A stretch of 64,000 bases of DNA from an uncultured Candidatus Kuenenia sp. (GTDB lineage: Bacteria; Planctomycetota; UBA11346), in NCBI GenBank assembly GCA_964654285.1, contig CAZZJC010000001.1, positions 5,030 to 69,029 of the forward strand, given 5' to 3'. Both the position numbers and the translations under genes were made by a program. Within the stretch, counting starts at the first letter, position 1. Each line of letters opens with the position of its first letter. The notes under the pieces are model-generated. The model did not search any database, was not told where the DNA came from, and saw nothing but the letters and a program-made list of their open reading frames with translations. Below, in pieces: positions 9,961-19,100 of the stretch.

Positions 9961-10761
9961 ATGCGGACGATCGGCGTCGACGACCTGGAACCGACCCTCA
10001 GCATCGCCAACTGGTGGGAACCCGAATCAGGGATGCGCTGGGGTCCGCGCATCCTCGACGACCTGGAACTGGTCCTCGTCCACGCCGGTCGCTACCGCTA
10101 CCGCGTCACCGGCGGCCCCTGGCAGGCGGTGGTCGAGCGCGAGGTGCTGTTCATCCCGCCCGGCGTCGAGCATGAACTGGAGGTCGACCTGCGCTCCGGC
10201 CGGTCGGGCATCTCGTGCTGGCACGGAGAACTGCTGCCGCACGGCACCTGGCTCGCGGGCGACTACCGCCCGGCGATCGAACCCCCGACCGTGACCGCGA
10301 TCGGCAGCCAGCCCTTCATCGTCGCCTGCTTCCGCCGCCTGGCCGAACTCTACCACGACCACGGCACGCGCCGGACCGTCCTCGCCCGCGATCTGGTGCG
10401 GATGATCTGGGTCCACCTCATGGACCTGTGGACATCGGAGCAGGGCCCGGCCCCGCGCACCCGCCTCGATCCGATGATCGCCTGGGTGCGCGCACGCCTG
10501 CACCTGCCGCTTGGCCGCAACCAGATCGCCCACGCTTTCGGCCTGACGCCCCAACACGTCAACGCGTTGTTCAAGCACGGTCTGGGCACCACGCCGGGTG
10601 CGTTCGTGCGGCGCGAACGCGTCCTGCGCGCCTGGCACGATCTCCACGCGGGCGGTTTGAGCGTGGCCGCGGCGGCGCAGCGCTGGGGCTTCACCGATCC
10701 CTTCCATTTTTCCCGCGTTTTCCGCAAGGAGATGGGGTTTCCACCGAGCCGGGCGCGGTAG
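9961..10761 (+). CDS. AraC-family transcriptional regulator with N-terminal cupin-like sensor domain
   Basis: C-terminal AraC HTH (LGRNQIAHAFGLTPQHVNALFKHGLGTTPGAFVRRERVLRAWHDL...FTDPFHFSRVFRKEMGFPP). Confidence 0.8.
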   Translation: MRTIGVDDLEPTLSIANWWEPESGMRWGPRILDDLELVLVHAGRYRYRVTGGPWQAVVEREVLFIPPGVEHELEVDLRSGRSGISCWHGELLPHGTWLAGDYRPAIEPPTVTAIGSQPFIVACFRRLAELYHDHGTRRTVLARDLVRMIWVHLMDLWTSEQGPAPRTRLDPMIAWVRARLHLPLGRNQIAHAFGLTPQHVNALFKHGLGTTPGAFVRRERVLRAWHDLHAGGLSVAAAAQRWGFTDPFHFSRVFRKEMGFPPSRAR

Positions 10762-10798
10762 CTGCGCTGACGTCGGGCGACGCGATCCCGATTGACAG

Positions 10799-11158
10799 TT
10801 ACAGGTCGAACGCCAAGCGGATCCCGTTGTCGATGGCGAACATCACGGCTGCGTCCAGCTCGCCGACGCAGGTGGTGAGCCGACTCCGGTTGATGGTCAT
10901 CACCTGCGACACGTTGACCACGCTGTCCTTTGGCAGGCCTGATTCCTTCGCGGTGATCAGGACGTTGCCTGGCGCCTTGGCCAAGGCCAGATTCGTGGTC
11001 AGGATGGAAACCATCACCGTCGGAATTCGACTGCCGTTGAAGAGATCGGATTGGATGATCAGGACTGGCTGCCGGTCGCCGGGTTCATTTCCCTGTGGGG
11101 TATCCAGGTTGGCCCAATGGATTTCGCCGCGTTTCTTGTCCAGTCGTTCGCGGGCAGG
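10799..11158 (-). CDS. PemK/MazF-family type II toxin. The conserved N-terminus has no canonical in-frame start, so this may be frameshifted or a pseudogene.
   Basis: Manual translation of the minus frame from the TGA at 11159-11161 gives PARERLDKKRGEIHWANLDTPQGNEPGDRQPVLIIQSDLFNGSRIPTV-MVSILTTNLALAKAPGNVLITAKESGLPKDSVVNVSQVMTINRSRLTTCVGELDAAVMFAIDNGIRLAFDL. This is a full PemK/MazF fold signature (RGEIxW...D...G.E..G.RP.L(I/V)). The ORF track only calls the last 72 aa from an internal GTG at 11017. Confidence 0.6.
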   Translation of the reverse strand, partial: PARERLDKKRGEIHWANLDTPQGNEPGDRQPVLIIQSDLFNGSRIPTVMVSILTTNLALAKAPGNVLITAKESGLPKDSVVNVSQVMTINRSRLTTCVGELDAAVMFAIDNGIRLAFDL

Positions 11159-11370
11159 TCATGGATGGCGGCTGCTTCCGCATGCACGTCTGGCGCCGTC
11201 GTTCCGGCATACACGGCATCCAATTGGTCGGTGATGGACCGCTTTTCCACATGGGCTACATACCAGCGGATCGCCGTGGCGTAGAATTCGCTGCGACTCA
11301 TGTGTTTCCGCCGGGATACTCGTTCGGCGGCGTGGTAGACCGCGTCAGGCAGGGAAATGGCGGTCTTCAT
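11059..11370 (-). CDS. Ribbon-helix-helix (CopG/MazE-like) antitoxin; ORF appears C-terminally extended across the toxin N-terminus
   Basis: N-terminus MKTAISLPDAVYHAAERVSRRKHMSRSEFYATAIRWYV is a classic RHH antitoxin. The ORF continues about 100 nt into the toxin region in a different frame. Confidence 0.65.
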   Translation of the reverse strand: MKTAISLPDAVYHAAERVSRRKHMSRSEFYATAIRWYVAHVEKRSITDQLDAVYAGTTAPDVHAEAAAIHDLPANDWTRNAAKSIGPTWIPHREMNPATGSQS

Positions 11371-11426
11371 GGCGGGGAGTATGACCGGTAGAACCTCGGG
11401 TCAGGCCGCCATTCAGCCGATGCGCG

Positions 11427-12539
11427 TTAGGCGCAGCCCTTCTTGCCGCAGCCGCAACCGTGTTCTGCGGAGTCCTCGCCTTCCGGCACCAGTTCCAGGC
11501 CGTAGCGGGCGGCGGCGTCGCGCCAGTAGTCGGGCGCGGTGCCGAGGGTGGTGAGGTAGTTGCCGACCATGATCGCGTTCACGCCGGCGCGGAAGACCTC
11601 GTGGATGCGCTCGCCGAGGACGACCTCCTTGCCGCCGGCGGCCATGATGTTCAGCGTCGGCCACATCAGGCGGAAGACGGCGAGGGTGGTCAGGGCCTCG
11701 TCGGCGGGGAGGGGGGCGAGATGGCCGAAGCCGGTGCCGGGGACGGGATTGAGGAAGTTGATCGGCACCATGTCGGGGGCGATGAAGCGGACCTGCTCGG
11801 CGAATTCGATGCGCTGGTCCTTCGTCTCGCCCATGCCGATGATGCCGCCCGAGCACAATCCCATGCCGGCCTTGCGGATGTAGTTGATGGTCTTGAGGCG
11901 GTCGTCGAAGCTGTGGCTGGTGCAGACGTGATCGAAGTGCGAGCGCGCGGTTTCCAGGTTGTGGCCGTAGACCTTGGCGCCGGCCTGGGCGATCCGATCC
12001 GCGCAGTGCTGGCTGGCCAGGATGCCCAGGTTCACGTCGGCGCGCACGCCGCCCTGCCCGGCCAGTTTCTCGATCGCGTTGCAGACCATGTCGAGCTGGG
12101 TGCCTTCCTTGACACCCTTCCAGGCGGCGACCAGGCCGAGCGCCTTCGCGCCGTTGGCTGCGGCCGAGCTCGCCGCATTGACGATGTCGGCGTCAGGCAG
12201 CCAGCCGGTCTTGTCGTAGCCGGTCGCGCTGCTGCCCGACGCCTGGGCGCAGTACGAGCAGTTTTCCGAGCAATTCCCGGCCTTCACGTTGAGGATCGAA
12301 CAGCACGACAGGCGGTGGCCGAGGAATCGCGCCCGCACCTGCTGCGCCGCCGCGAACAGCGCCTCCTGCGCCGGTGAGCCGGGTTCCACGTCGAGCAGGG
12401 CACGGGCCTGGGCGGCGGTGAGTTCGGCGCCGGCGCAGATGGCGTCGGCGAGCGCGGTGATGGCCGAGGGATCGGTCGGATCCAGGTCGGCGTCGGTCGG
12501 GGCTGCGGAGGGCGCGGTCGTGGGCATGTCCGGAAGCAT
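11427..12539 (-). CDS. bioB: Biotin synthase (radical SAM)
   Basis: CxxxCxxC radical-SAM motif (GNCSENCSYCAQ). Extensive BioB-like blocks (GLVAAWKG...YGHNLETARSHFDHVCTSHSFDDRLKTINYIRKAGMGLCSGGIIGMGET...VPINFLNPVPGTGF). Confidence 0.85.
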   Translation of the reverse strand: MLPDMPTTAPSAAPTDADLDPTDPSAITALADAICAGAELTAAQARALLDVEPGSPAQEALFAAAQQVRARFLGHRLSCCSILNVKAGNCSENCSYCAQASGSSATGYDKTGWLPDADIVNAASSAAANGAKALGLVAAWKGVKEGTQLDMVCNAIEKLAGQGGVRADVNLGILASQHCADRIAQAGAKVYGHNLETARSHFDHVCTSHSFDDRLKTINYIRKAGMGLCSGGIIGMGETKDQRIEFAEQVRFIAPDMVPINFLNPVPGTGFGHLAPLPADEALTTLAVFRLMWPTLNIMAAGGKEVVLGERIHEVFRAGVNAIMVGNYLTTLGTAPDYWRDAAARYGLELVPEGEDSAEHGCGCGKKGCA

Positions 12540-12636
12540 CGCACGGATCCGGTTTTGCCAATGCCGGAGCCGGTCACCTTGGACTCGGATGCAGACGGCG
12601 GATCGATCGGCCGCAGCCGCCCGCGAGCCCGCGTCG

Positions 12637-13215
12637 TCACCCGGCGGCGCGGACGAACTCCATCACCACCGCCGGCGGCACGTTGAGCCAGATCCGCCGG
12701 GTGCGGCCGCGCCGCAGGCCCTCGGTGGGGAACCGCCGCCAGGCCCGGCGCGAGTAGGTGAACTGGATGAACCGGCCGCCGGGCGGCAGGATGTCGGTGA
12801 TCGCGGCCAGGATCGAGCGCGGCAGGTCGCCGGGCAGGCTGAGGAGCGGCAGCCCGCTGATCACGGCGCCGACCCGGCTCGGTTCGATATGCAGTCCGGC
12901 GAGGTGGTTGCGCAGGCGGGAGGCGCAGCCGGACACCACGTTGACCGCCGGATGGCGGCCGCGCAGCCGGCCGGCGAAATCGTGGTTGGCCTCGACCGCG
13001 ACGATCGGATGCCCGGGCAGGCGGCGGGCGAGCTCGCGGGTGAAGACCCCGGTGCCGGGGCCGAGTTCGACGACCACCTGCCCCGGTGCCAGCGGTCCGA
13101 TCGCGTCCACCATCGCCCGCGCCAGGCGCGGACCGCTGGGCAGGAGCGCTCCGGTTCGGCGCCAGCCGCCAAGCAGCTGGGACACGAAGAACGCCGATTC
13201 CCCCAGGATGGGCAT
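12637..13215 (-). CDS. Class I SAM-dependent methyltransferase (small, rRNA-adenine-dimethylase-like fold)
   Basis: Internal start MPILGES... of the 713-aa antisense-fused ORF. SAM motif I VVELGPGTGVFTREL. 192 aa. Lies immediately upstream of bioB on the same strand. Confidence 0.7.
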   Translation of the reverse strand: MPILGESAFFVSQLLGGWRRTGALLPSGPRLARAMVDAIGPLAPGQVVVELGPGTGVFTRELARRLPGHPIVAVEANHDFAGRLRGRHPAVNVVSGCASRLRNHLAGLHIEPSRVGAVISGLPLLSLPGDLPRSILAAITDILPPGGRFIQFTYSRRAWRRFPTEGLRRGRTRRIWLNVPPAVVMEFVRAAG

Positions 13216-13371
13216 GCCCCAGGTCTTCCACCCGCCCGGCGACCGAGTCAAGGCCGGGCGTGGCACCGTCCGCGTCGGTGCGTGCGTGTTTTGCGCCCGG
13301 AACCGCCGTGCGCCCGGCTTGCGCCCCAGGCCGCTGCGCCGACCATCGCACCGCCCCAAGGAGGCCCTGGC

Positions 13372-14655
13372 ATGCGCATCTGCCCAATCGGACTCGTCGG
13401 CTGGGGCACGGTCGGGGACGGCGTGGTGTCGATCCTGCGCCAGGACGCGGCGGTGCTGCGCGAGCGGGTCGGCCTCGACCTGCGCCTGAAACGCATCGTC
13501 ACCCGCACGCCGGGGCGGGCGCGCTCCGGCGATGCGCTGGGCGCGGTGGTCAGCGACCGCATCGAGGACCTCACCGGGGACAGCGAGATCTCCACCGTCA
13601 TCCATCTCGCCAACGGCCCGGCCGCGAAGCCGCTCATGGTGGCGCTGCTGACCGCCGGCAAGCGGGTGGTCACCGGCAACAAGGCGCTGATCGCCGAGCA
13701 CGGCGACGAGCTGTTCGCGTTGGCGCACCAACACGGTGGATCGCTCGCCTTCGAGGCCGCGGTCGCCGGAGGCATCCCGGTCATCGCCGCCCTGCGCGAC
13801 GGACTGGTCGCGAACCGGATCAACGCCATCCACGCGATCCTCAACGGCACCTGCAATTTCATCCTGACCATGATGGAGACCAAAGGCTGGGACTACGCCG
13901 TCGCCCTGGCCGAGGCGCAGCGCCTGGGCTATGCCGAGCACGATCCGACGCTGGATGTCGATGGTACCGACACCGCGCACAAGCTCGCCATCCTGACCCG
14001 CATCGCCTTCGCCTGCCGGGTGCCGCTCAGCTCCATCCGCACCGAGGGCATCCAGCATCTCGGCGCCGACGACATCGCCTCGGCGCGCACCATGGGCTGC
14101 CGCATCAAGCTCATCGCCACGGCGGCGCAGACCCCGGCCGGGCTCGATCTCCACGTCGCGCCGACCCTGGTGCCGCTCGACCATCCCCTGGCGGCGGTGA
14201 TGCGCAATTTCAACGGCATCTACATCAACGGATCGAACTCCGGGCCGCAATTGTTCACCGGCCAGGGCGCCGGCGCGGCGCCGACCGCCAGCGCCATCCT
14301 CGCCGACGTGGTCGACACCCTGATCGGTCGGGCCGCAGCGACGGCGGCGCAGTTCGCCTTCGTCCATCCGGCGGAGCCGCCGGCGCTGGCCGGCGAAGCC
14401 GACGAGGTCACCGGCAGCTGGGCCCGCTTCCACGTCCACGACCGCCCGGGTGTGCTCGCCGGCATCACCGAACGCTTGTCGCGCCATGGCATCAGCGTGG
14501 CCTCGATCCACCAGGGCCTGCCGACCTCGGCCGGCGCTGCCACGGTCGAGATCACCACCCATCCCGGGCGCGGCGGAGCCTTCCTGCTCGCGGTGGGCGA
14601 AATCGACCGCGCCGGACTCACCCTGAAGCCGACGACCTGCCTGCGGCGTTTGTAA
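13372..14655 (+). CDS. hom: Homoserine dehydrogenase
   Basis: MRICPIGLVGWGTVG... NAD-binding N-terminus, central catalytic domain, C-terminal ACT domain (FHVHDRPGVLAGITERL). Strong SD AAGGAGG 8 nt upstream of ATG 13372. The 5' portion of the 788-aa ORF (12289-13371) is antisense to the methyltransferase and is not called. Confidence 0.9.
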   Translation: MRICPIGLVGWGTVGDGVVSILRQDAAVLRERVGLDLRLKRIVTRTPGRARSGDALGAVVSDRIEDLTGDSEISTVIHLANGPAAKPLMVALLTAGKRVVTGNKALIAEHGDELFALAHQHGGSLAFEAAVAGGIPVIAALRDGLVANRINAIHAILNGTCNFILTMMETKGWDYAVALAEAQRLGYAEHDPTLDVDGTDTAHKLAILTRIAFACRVPLSSIRTEGIQHLGADDIASARTMGCRIKLIATAAQTPAGLDLHVAPTLVPLDHPLAAVMRNFNGIYINGSNSGPQLFTGQGAGAAPTASAILADVVDTLIGRAAATAAQFAFVHPAEPPALAGEADEVTGSWARFHVHDRPGVLAGITERLSRHGISVASIHQGLPTSAGAATVEITTHPGRGGAFLLAVGEIDRAGLTLKPTTCLRRL

Positions 14656-14710
14656 GCGGGGCTTGCGCCCCAGCCTGACTGCGCCGCTTTGCGGCTTGCG
14701 TGCTCCGCCC

Positions 14711-14776
14711 GTCCCCGCTGCGCGGGGATCTGCTGCGGCGACGGTGGCTGCGCCACCTGTCCCGCTGCGCGGGACC
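14711..14776. repeat. Two near-identical 7-bp-stem/3-nt-loop hairpins (TCCCCGC-TGC-GCGGGGA at 14712-14728; GTCCCGC-TGC-GCGGGAC at 14759-14775) plus a partial third copy; REP-like element or tandem terminator hairpins after hom
   Basis: Read directly from the sequence. Located 57-120 nt after the hom stop. No T-run follows. Confidence 0.4.
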
Positions 14777-15023
14777 AAGCCCGTCCCCGCTCACTCGCTT
14801 CGCTCCTTCGGGGGATTGCTCCTCGCGGGCTCTGCCCGCTACGCCCGCCAGGGACTCTCGCCCCTAGACCCGCACGGTCCTTCCGTGTGCACAGGTTCGA
14901 CCGCGTGCTTCAAACTTCCCTCGCTTACGAACCCAAGCGTCAGTCACGCCGCCGAACCAGCCAGGGTGGTCGGCTTGCGGGTCGTGACGATGCGATCCAT
15001 GCTTTGCATCAGGAAATACGCCC

Positions 15024-16019
15024 ATGCTCCTGCGACTCCGGCACCAGCGCCCCGACGGTGAACTCGACACCTACCACCTGAAATCCGGGCGTAGATACCA
15101 CATCGGCCGGGGATCGACCTGCGAGGTTCGCATCCTCGACCTCAAGCTCAGCCGCCAGCACGCGGCGATCGAATACAAGCAGGGCGAATGGCGGGTGCTC
15201 GACCTCGGCAGCACCAATGGCCTCAAGGTCGACGGCGACCACATGGCGGGTTCGGCGATCCTCAAGACCGGCACCACCATCGAGGCCGGCCACACCGCGC
15301 TCACGGTGGAACGCATCCTCGGCGACGATGAAGCAGACGAGATCGACCTGCCGCCACCGGCCCCGGCGGCCGAGATTCCCGCTGCCCGGCCCGCGCCGCA
15401 GCCGACGGCCCGCCCGGTCACCTCGCTGGAGGAGATCCCGGTCGCTGCGCGTTCGGCGTCGATTCCGGATGCTGCCGCGCCGGTGCCGTCTCCGATCCCC
15501 GCATCGCCGCCGGTTCTGGCCAAGCCCACGAGTCCGGTCGCGCCGCCGCACGCGGATTTCCGCACTCCCGCCCCGTTGCCGCAGGAACCGTTCCCGGGCG
15601 AAGGCCCAGCCATGCCGGTCCCGCGTCCCAGCGATGCCGGCGAGCATCACGCCAGCGACTGGAAGCGGAACCAGGACGAGACCCTGGCCCCGCTCCAACG
15701 CAAGGAGGTGCAGCCCAGCGTGGCCCCCGCGCCTGCGCCCGTGCAGCCGCCCGTCGCCACGCCTGCACCCATGCTGGACATGGAGGCGACCATTCCCCAG
15801 ATGCTGACGGCGCCATCGGCCGCGCCTGCGCCCGTGCCTGCCGCGCCTGCGCCCGTGCCCACCGCGCCGGCCGCCGCCGCCGAGGAGCGCACGTTCTACA
15901 TCACCGTGCTCGGGCGCCGGGTCGGTCCGCTCAGCCGGGCCGTCGCCAGGGATCTCAAGACGCGCGAGCTGAAGGGCGCACTCAGCCTGGCCGATCTGGC
16001 CGACTACCCATCGGCCTGA
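15024..16019 (+). CDS. FHA-domain protein with Pro/Ala-rich linker and small C-terminal domain (GYF/DUF4339-like, tentative)
   Basis: N-terminal FHA signature (YHLKSGRRYHIGRGSTCEVRILDLKLSRQHAAIEYKQGEWRVLDLGSTNGLKVDG). About 170 aa of low-complexity P/A-rich sequence. C-terminal FYITVLGRRVGPLSRAVARDL...LADLADYP. Confidence 0.75.
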   Translation: MLLRLRHQRPDGELDTYHLKSGRRYHIGRGSTCEVRILDLKLSRQHAAIEYKQGEWRVLDLGSTNGLKVDGDHMAGSAILKTGTTIEAGHTALTVERILGDDEADEIDLPPPAPAAEIPAARPAPQPTARPVTSLEEIPVAARSASIPDAAAPVPSPIPASPPVLAKPTSPVAPPHADFRTPAPLPQEPFPGEGPAMPVPRPSDAGEHHASDWKRNQDETLAPLQRKEVQPSVAPAPAPVQPPVATPAPMLDMEATIPQMLTAPSAAPAPVPAAPAPVPTAPAAAAEERTFYITVLGRRVGPLSRAVARDLKTRELKGALSLADLADYPSA

Positions 16020-16130
16020 ACGCCCGCCAGCGTCCACCGCCTCGACGACCCCGGTACCGATCGCCAGGACATCCTTGACGGAGTGGCTCCCGGTTCACCG
16101 TGGGTGTTCGTATCCGAGCGAAAGGTCCCC

Positions 16131-19100
16131 ATGTCCCAGCGTCCGACTTTGCACCGATCCGGATCGTCGTGGAGCCGGCTCCTGCTGTCCGCCCTCGTCG
16201 CGTCCGGGCTGGCCTGGGCTGGCGAGGTGGTGGTGCCGAGCACGCCGGTCGGACCGACCGCGCCCAACCCTGACGCCCAGGCCGCCGAGAGCGAGCGGCT
16301 CGCCAAGCAGTTGCCCCAGCGGTCGTGGCTGGCGGTGCGCGCCGATGGAAAGCTGTACTGGCAGGTCGATGGCGAACTGAAGTCCACCGCCTATCCGATC
16401 AAGGAAATCGACAACGGCGGCAATCCGCGCCTCGACACCGGCATCGGCGCGCTCACCGTCGACCGCCGCCTGGTCGCGGGCGACAGCAGTGTGCAGGCGC
16501 TGGCCCTGCTGCCGCGCCTGATCGAACACGCGGTCGCAGCCGGATTGAAGGCCGACGAGCTGATGCTGCTCGAAGGGCTCCTCACCGGGCCGCACTTGAG
16601 TTCCCCGACCCACCGCGTGCTGCCCGAAGGCTGCCTGGTGAAGTCGGCGGCCCCGGCGCGTCCGGCCGGCGAGCGCGAGGCGCTGGTCGCGGCGGCGAAG
16701 AAGGTCGCCGGAGCGCTCGCCGGCAGCGACCTCGATTCCCTCGGCCGGCGCACGCTCGAGGAAGTCCTCGACCGCCTCGGCCAGAACGATGTCGCCGGAG
16801 CCGAGGCCGACGAGTTCACCCCGTCCTTCGCGCGCCGGGTCATGCGCCATGGCTGGCTGCGCCAGGTCCTGCCCAGGAGCGACGCCGACGAGCAGCTGGA
16901 ACAGGCGGTCATCACCGCCGAGCGGATGCTGCCGGTGACGCAGTTCCTCGGCAAGGATGGCCAGGGCCGCGAGCTGCGCCTGGCCGAGGTCAGGAACGTC
17001 TTCGGCCTCGGCGGCTGGATCCTGCAGACGCCGGAACGGGTCTGCTACCTGCGTCCCGTGCCCCGGCCGGTCTTCTATGAGGCCCTGCCCGAGACCGGCC
17101 TGAACCTGGTGCTGGAGCTCGCCCCCGGATCCGACCCGGTGGCGGTCCGTCCGGAACCGGTGGCGGCCCGCCTGGTCAGCGGCAACCAGGTCGTCGCCTC
17201 CTGGCGCAACGGGAAGCCGTTGGAGGCCACGCTCGATGCCTGGCGCCGGGTCGTGCCGGTGCGCGGCCGCGGCATCGCGAACGATGCGGTGGCCGACATC
17301 ATGCCACCGCATCTGGCGCTGGCGGCGCTCAACGGCGACATGCTGGCGCTGGTCATGGGCAAGGACGTGCTGCGGCCGCCCAGGGATGCCTCCGACCGCG
17401 AATCCGCACGCTTCCTGGCCGACGCCGCGCGCATGCTGCCCGACGCGCCCAGCCTGGATCTCATCGGCGAATACCTCTTCCAGTACGTCTATGACAGCCC
17501 CGACAGCCGCTACCCGCAGCTCATCGGCAACAAGACCGTCAAGGGCGACATCCACCAGACCGCGGCCCAGACCATCGCCACCAGCGCCGGCGGCCAGTTC
17601 CGTGGCGACTGCGACGACCTGGCGGAACTGTACCAGACCATCGCCGAGCGGCAGGGCCGCACCGCGCATGTGATCAGCCTGCCCGGCCACGCGGCGGTCG
17701 CCTGGGCCGACCGCAAGGAGGACGGCCGCTGGCACGTCTACCTCCTGCAGACCGGCCCGAGCCTGGAGTTCGTCGCCCCGACGCTGCCGGAGGCCCTCGA
17801 GAAGACCTACAAGCGCTTCGAGGTCACCGAGACCTTCGACCCCAATTCGCTCGGCCTGCTGCTGCGTTTCAGCGGCGAGAACACCCGCTCGGCCTGGCGG
17901 CTGTCGTGGCGCATCTTCAGCGACGCCGACTACGCCCGCACCATGATCGATGTGCAGCGCGACTGGCACTTCCAGACCTATGCCCGCGGCATCAGCAAGA
18001 TGGAGGCGATGATCGCCAAGGGCGACAAGGACAACGCCAACGCGCGCGAACTCGCCGGCCTCGCGACCCACACCGGCCAGTACGACAAATCCGTGCGCTG
18101 GACCGTCGAAGCGCTCGCCAACACGCCGCAGCCGCTGAGCAAGTTCTACCTCCGCCTGGAACTGCTGGCGCACCTCTTCGACGCCAGCGCCCAGGATCCC
18201 GCCAAGCGGACCGAGGCCGAAGCCCTCGCCAGGGAACTGCTCGACCAGCAGATCCCGCAGCTGCGCAAGCAGCTCGGGCCATCCCTGGTCCAGGTCGGTC
18301 TCCAGCTCACCGGCACCCTGGCCCACCACAAGTCGCAGGCCCTGGCGGTGCGCGCCCTCGACCAGTGCCTGCAGAGCGCGACCTATTCCCTGATCCCCGG
18401 TCGCGATCCCCAGACCCTGCCCAGCCTGGCCGAGGACCTCAGCCGGTTCGCGACCCAGGTGAAGGACGCCGAGGGCCAGCGCGCCTGGCGCGAAGATCCC
18501 CGCCTGGGCCGGCTGCGCCGGATCCTGACCATGTACGCCGCCACCGCGACCGAGGTGCTCGCCGGCGCTCCGCGCGGGGCGATCACCGCCGATCCGGTGC
18601 TGCAGGACGCCGCCCGCCTGGTGCAGTTGTGGCTCAACGATCTGGCGTTCAGCGATGGCGAGGAACCCGGCGAGATCATGTTCCGCTACGCCCTGGCCGC
18701 CCGCTATTACGCCGCCGTGCTGGGTGAAAAGGATTTCGCCGCGCTGCTCAATGCTGCGCACCCGCCGCCGGCACCCGCCGCCGGCACGGCGGGCGCCGGT
18801 CCCGCTCCCGACCACGGCAAGCGCATCGGCGGCCTGGCGCAGCTTCCCCTCGACCTGCCCTGGATCCGCATCTCGCTGCCCTACTGGTTCAGCCGTCTGG
18901 CGGAGCAGTTCGCCAAGGATCGCGCCACCGTCGATATCGACGAGGTCAAGCGCCTCGGCCTGGCCTGCGCCGAGGCCTGGGGTGCGACCCGGGCGCGTGG
19001 CCTGGAGCACCCGCGCCTGCAGCACGAGGCGCACCTCGCCGCCGTGATCACCAGCCTGTTCGGCCGCGATGCCGATGGGTTGCGCAAATGCCTGCAATTC

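Noticed and set aside
11156-11163. ATGA at about 11159-11162 as a conventional stop/start overlap for the toxin
   Set aside because: The ATG is in neither the antitoxin frame upstream nor the toxin frame downstream, so it cannot serve as the start without a frameshift. Kept as part of the TA finding rather than as a gene start.
12289-13371. 5' 360 codons of the 788-aa plus-strand ORF, and the upper part of the 713-aa minus ORF (13216-14778)
   Set aside because: These are fusion artefacts. The real genes are hom (from the ATG with SD at 13372) and the 192-aa methyltransferase (12637-13215). The remaining stretches are antisense to those genes.
15400-15900. Possible CRISPR-like direct repeats
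   Set aside because: Repeats are in-frame codon repeats encoding a Pro/Ala linker inside the FHA gene. There are no spacers of uniform length.
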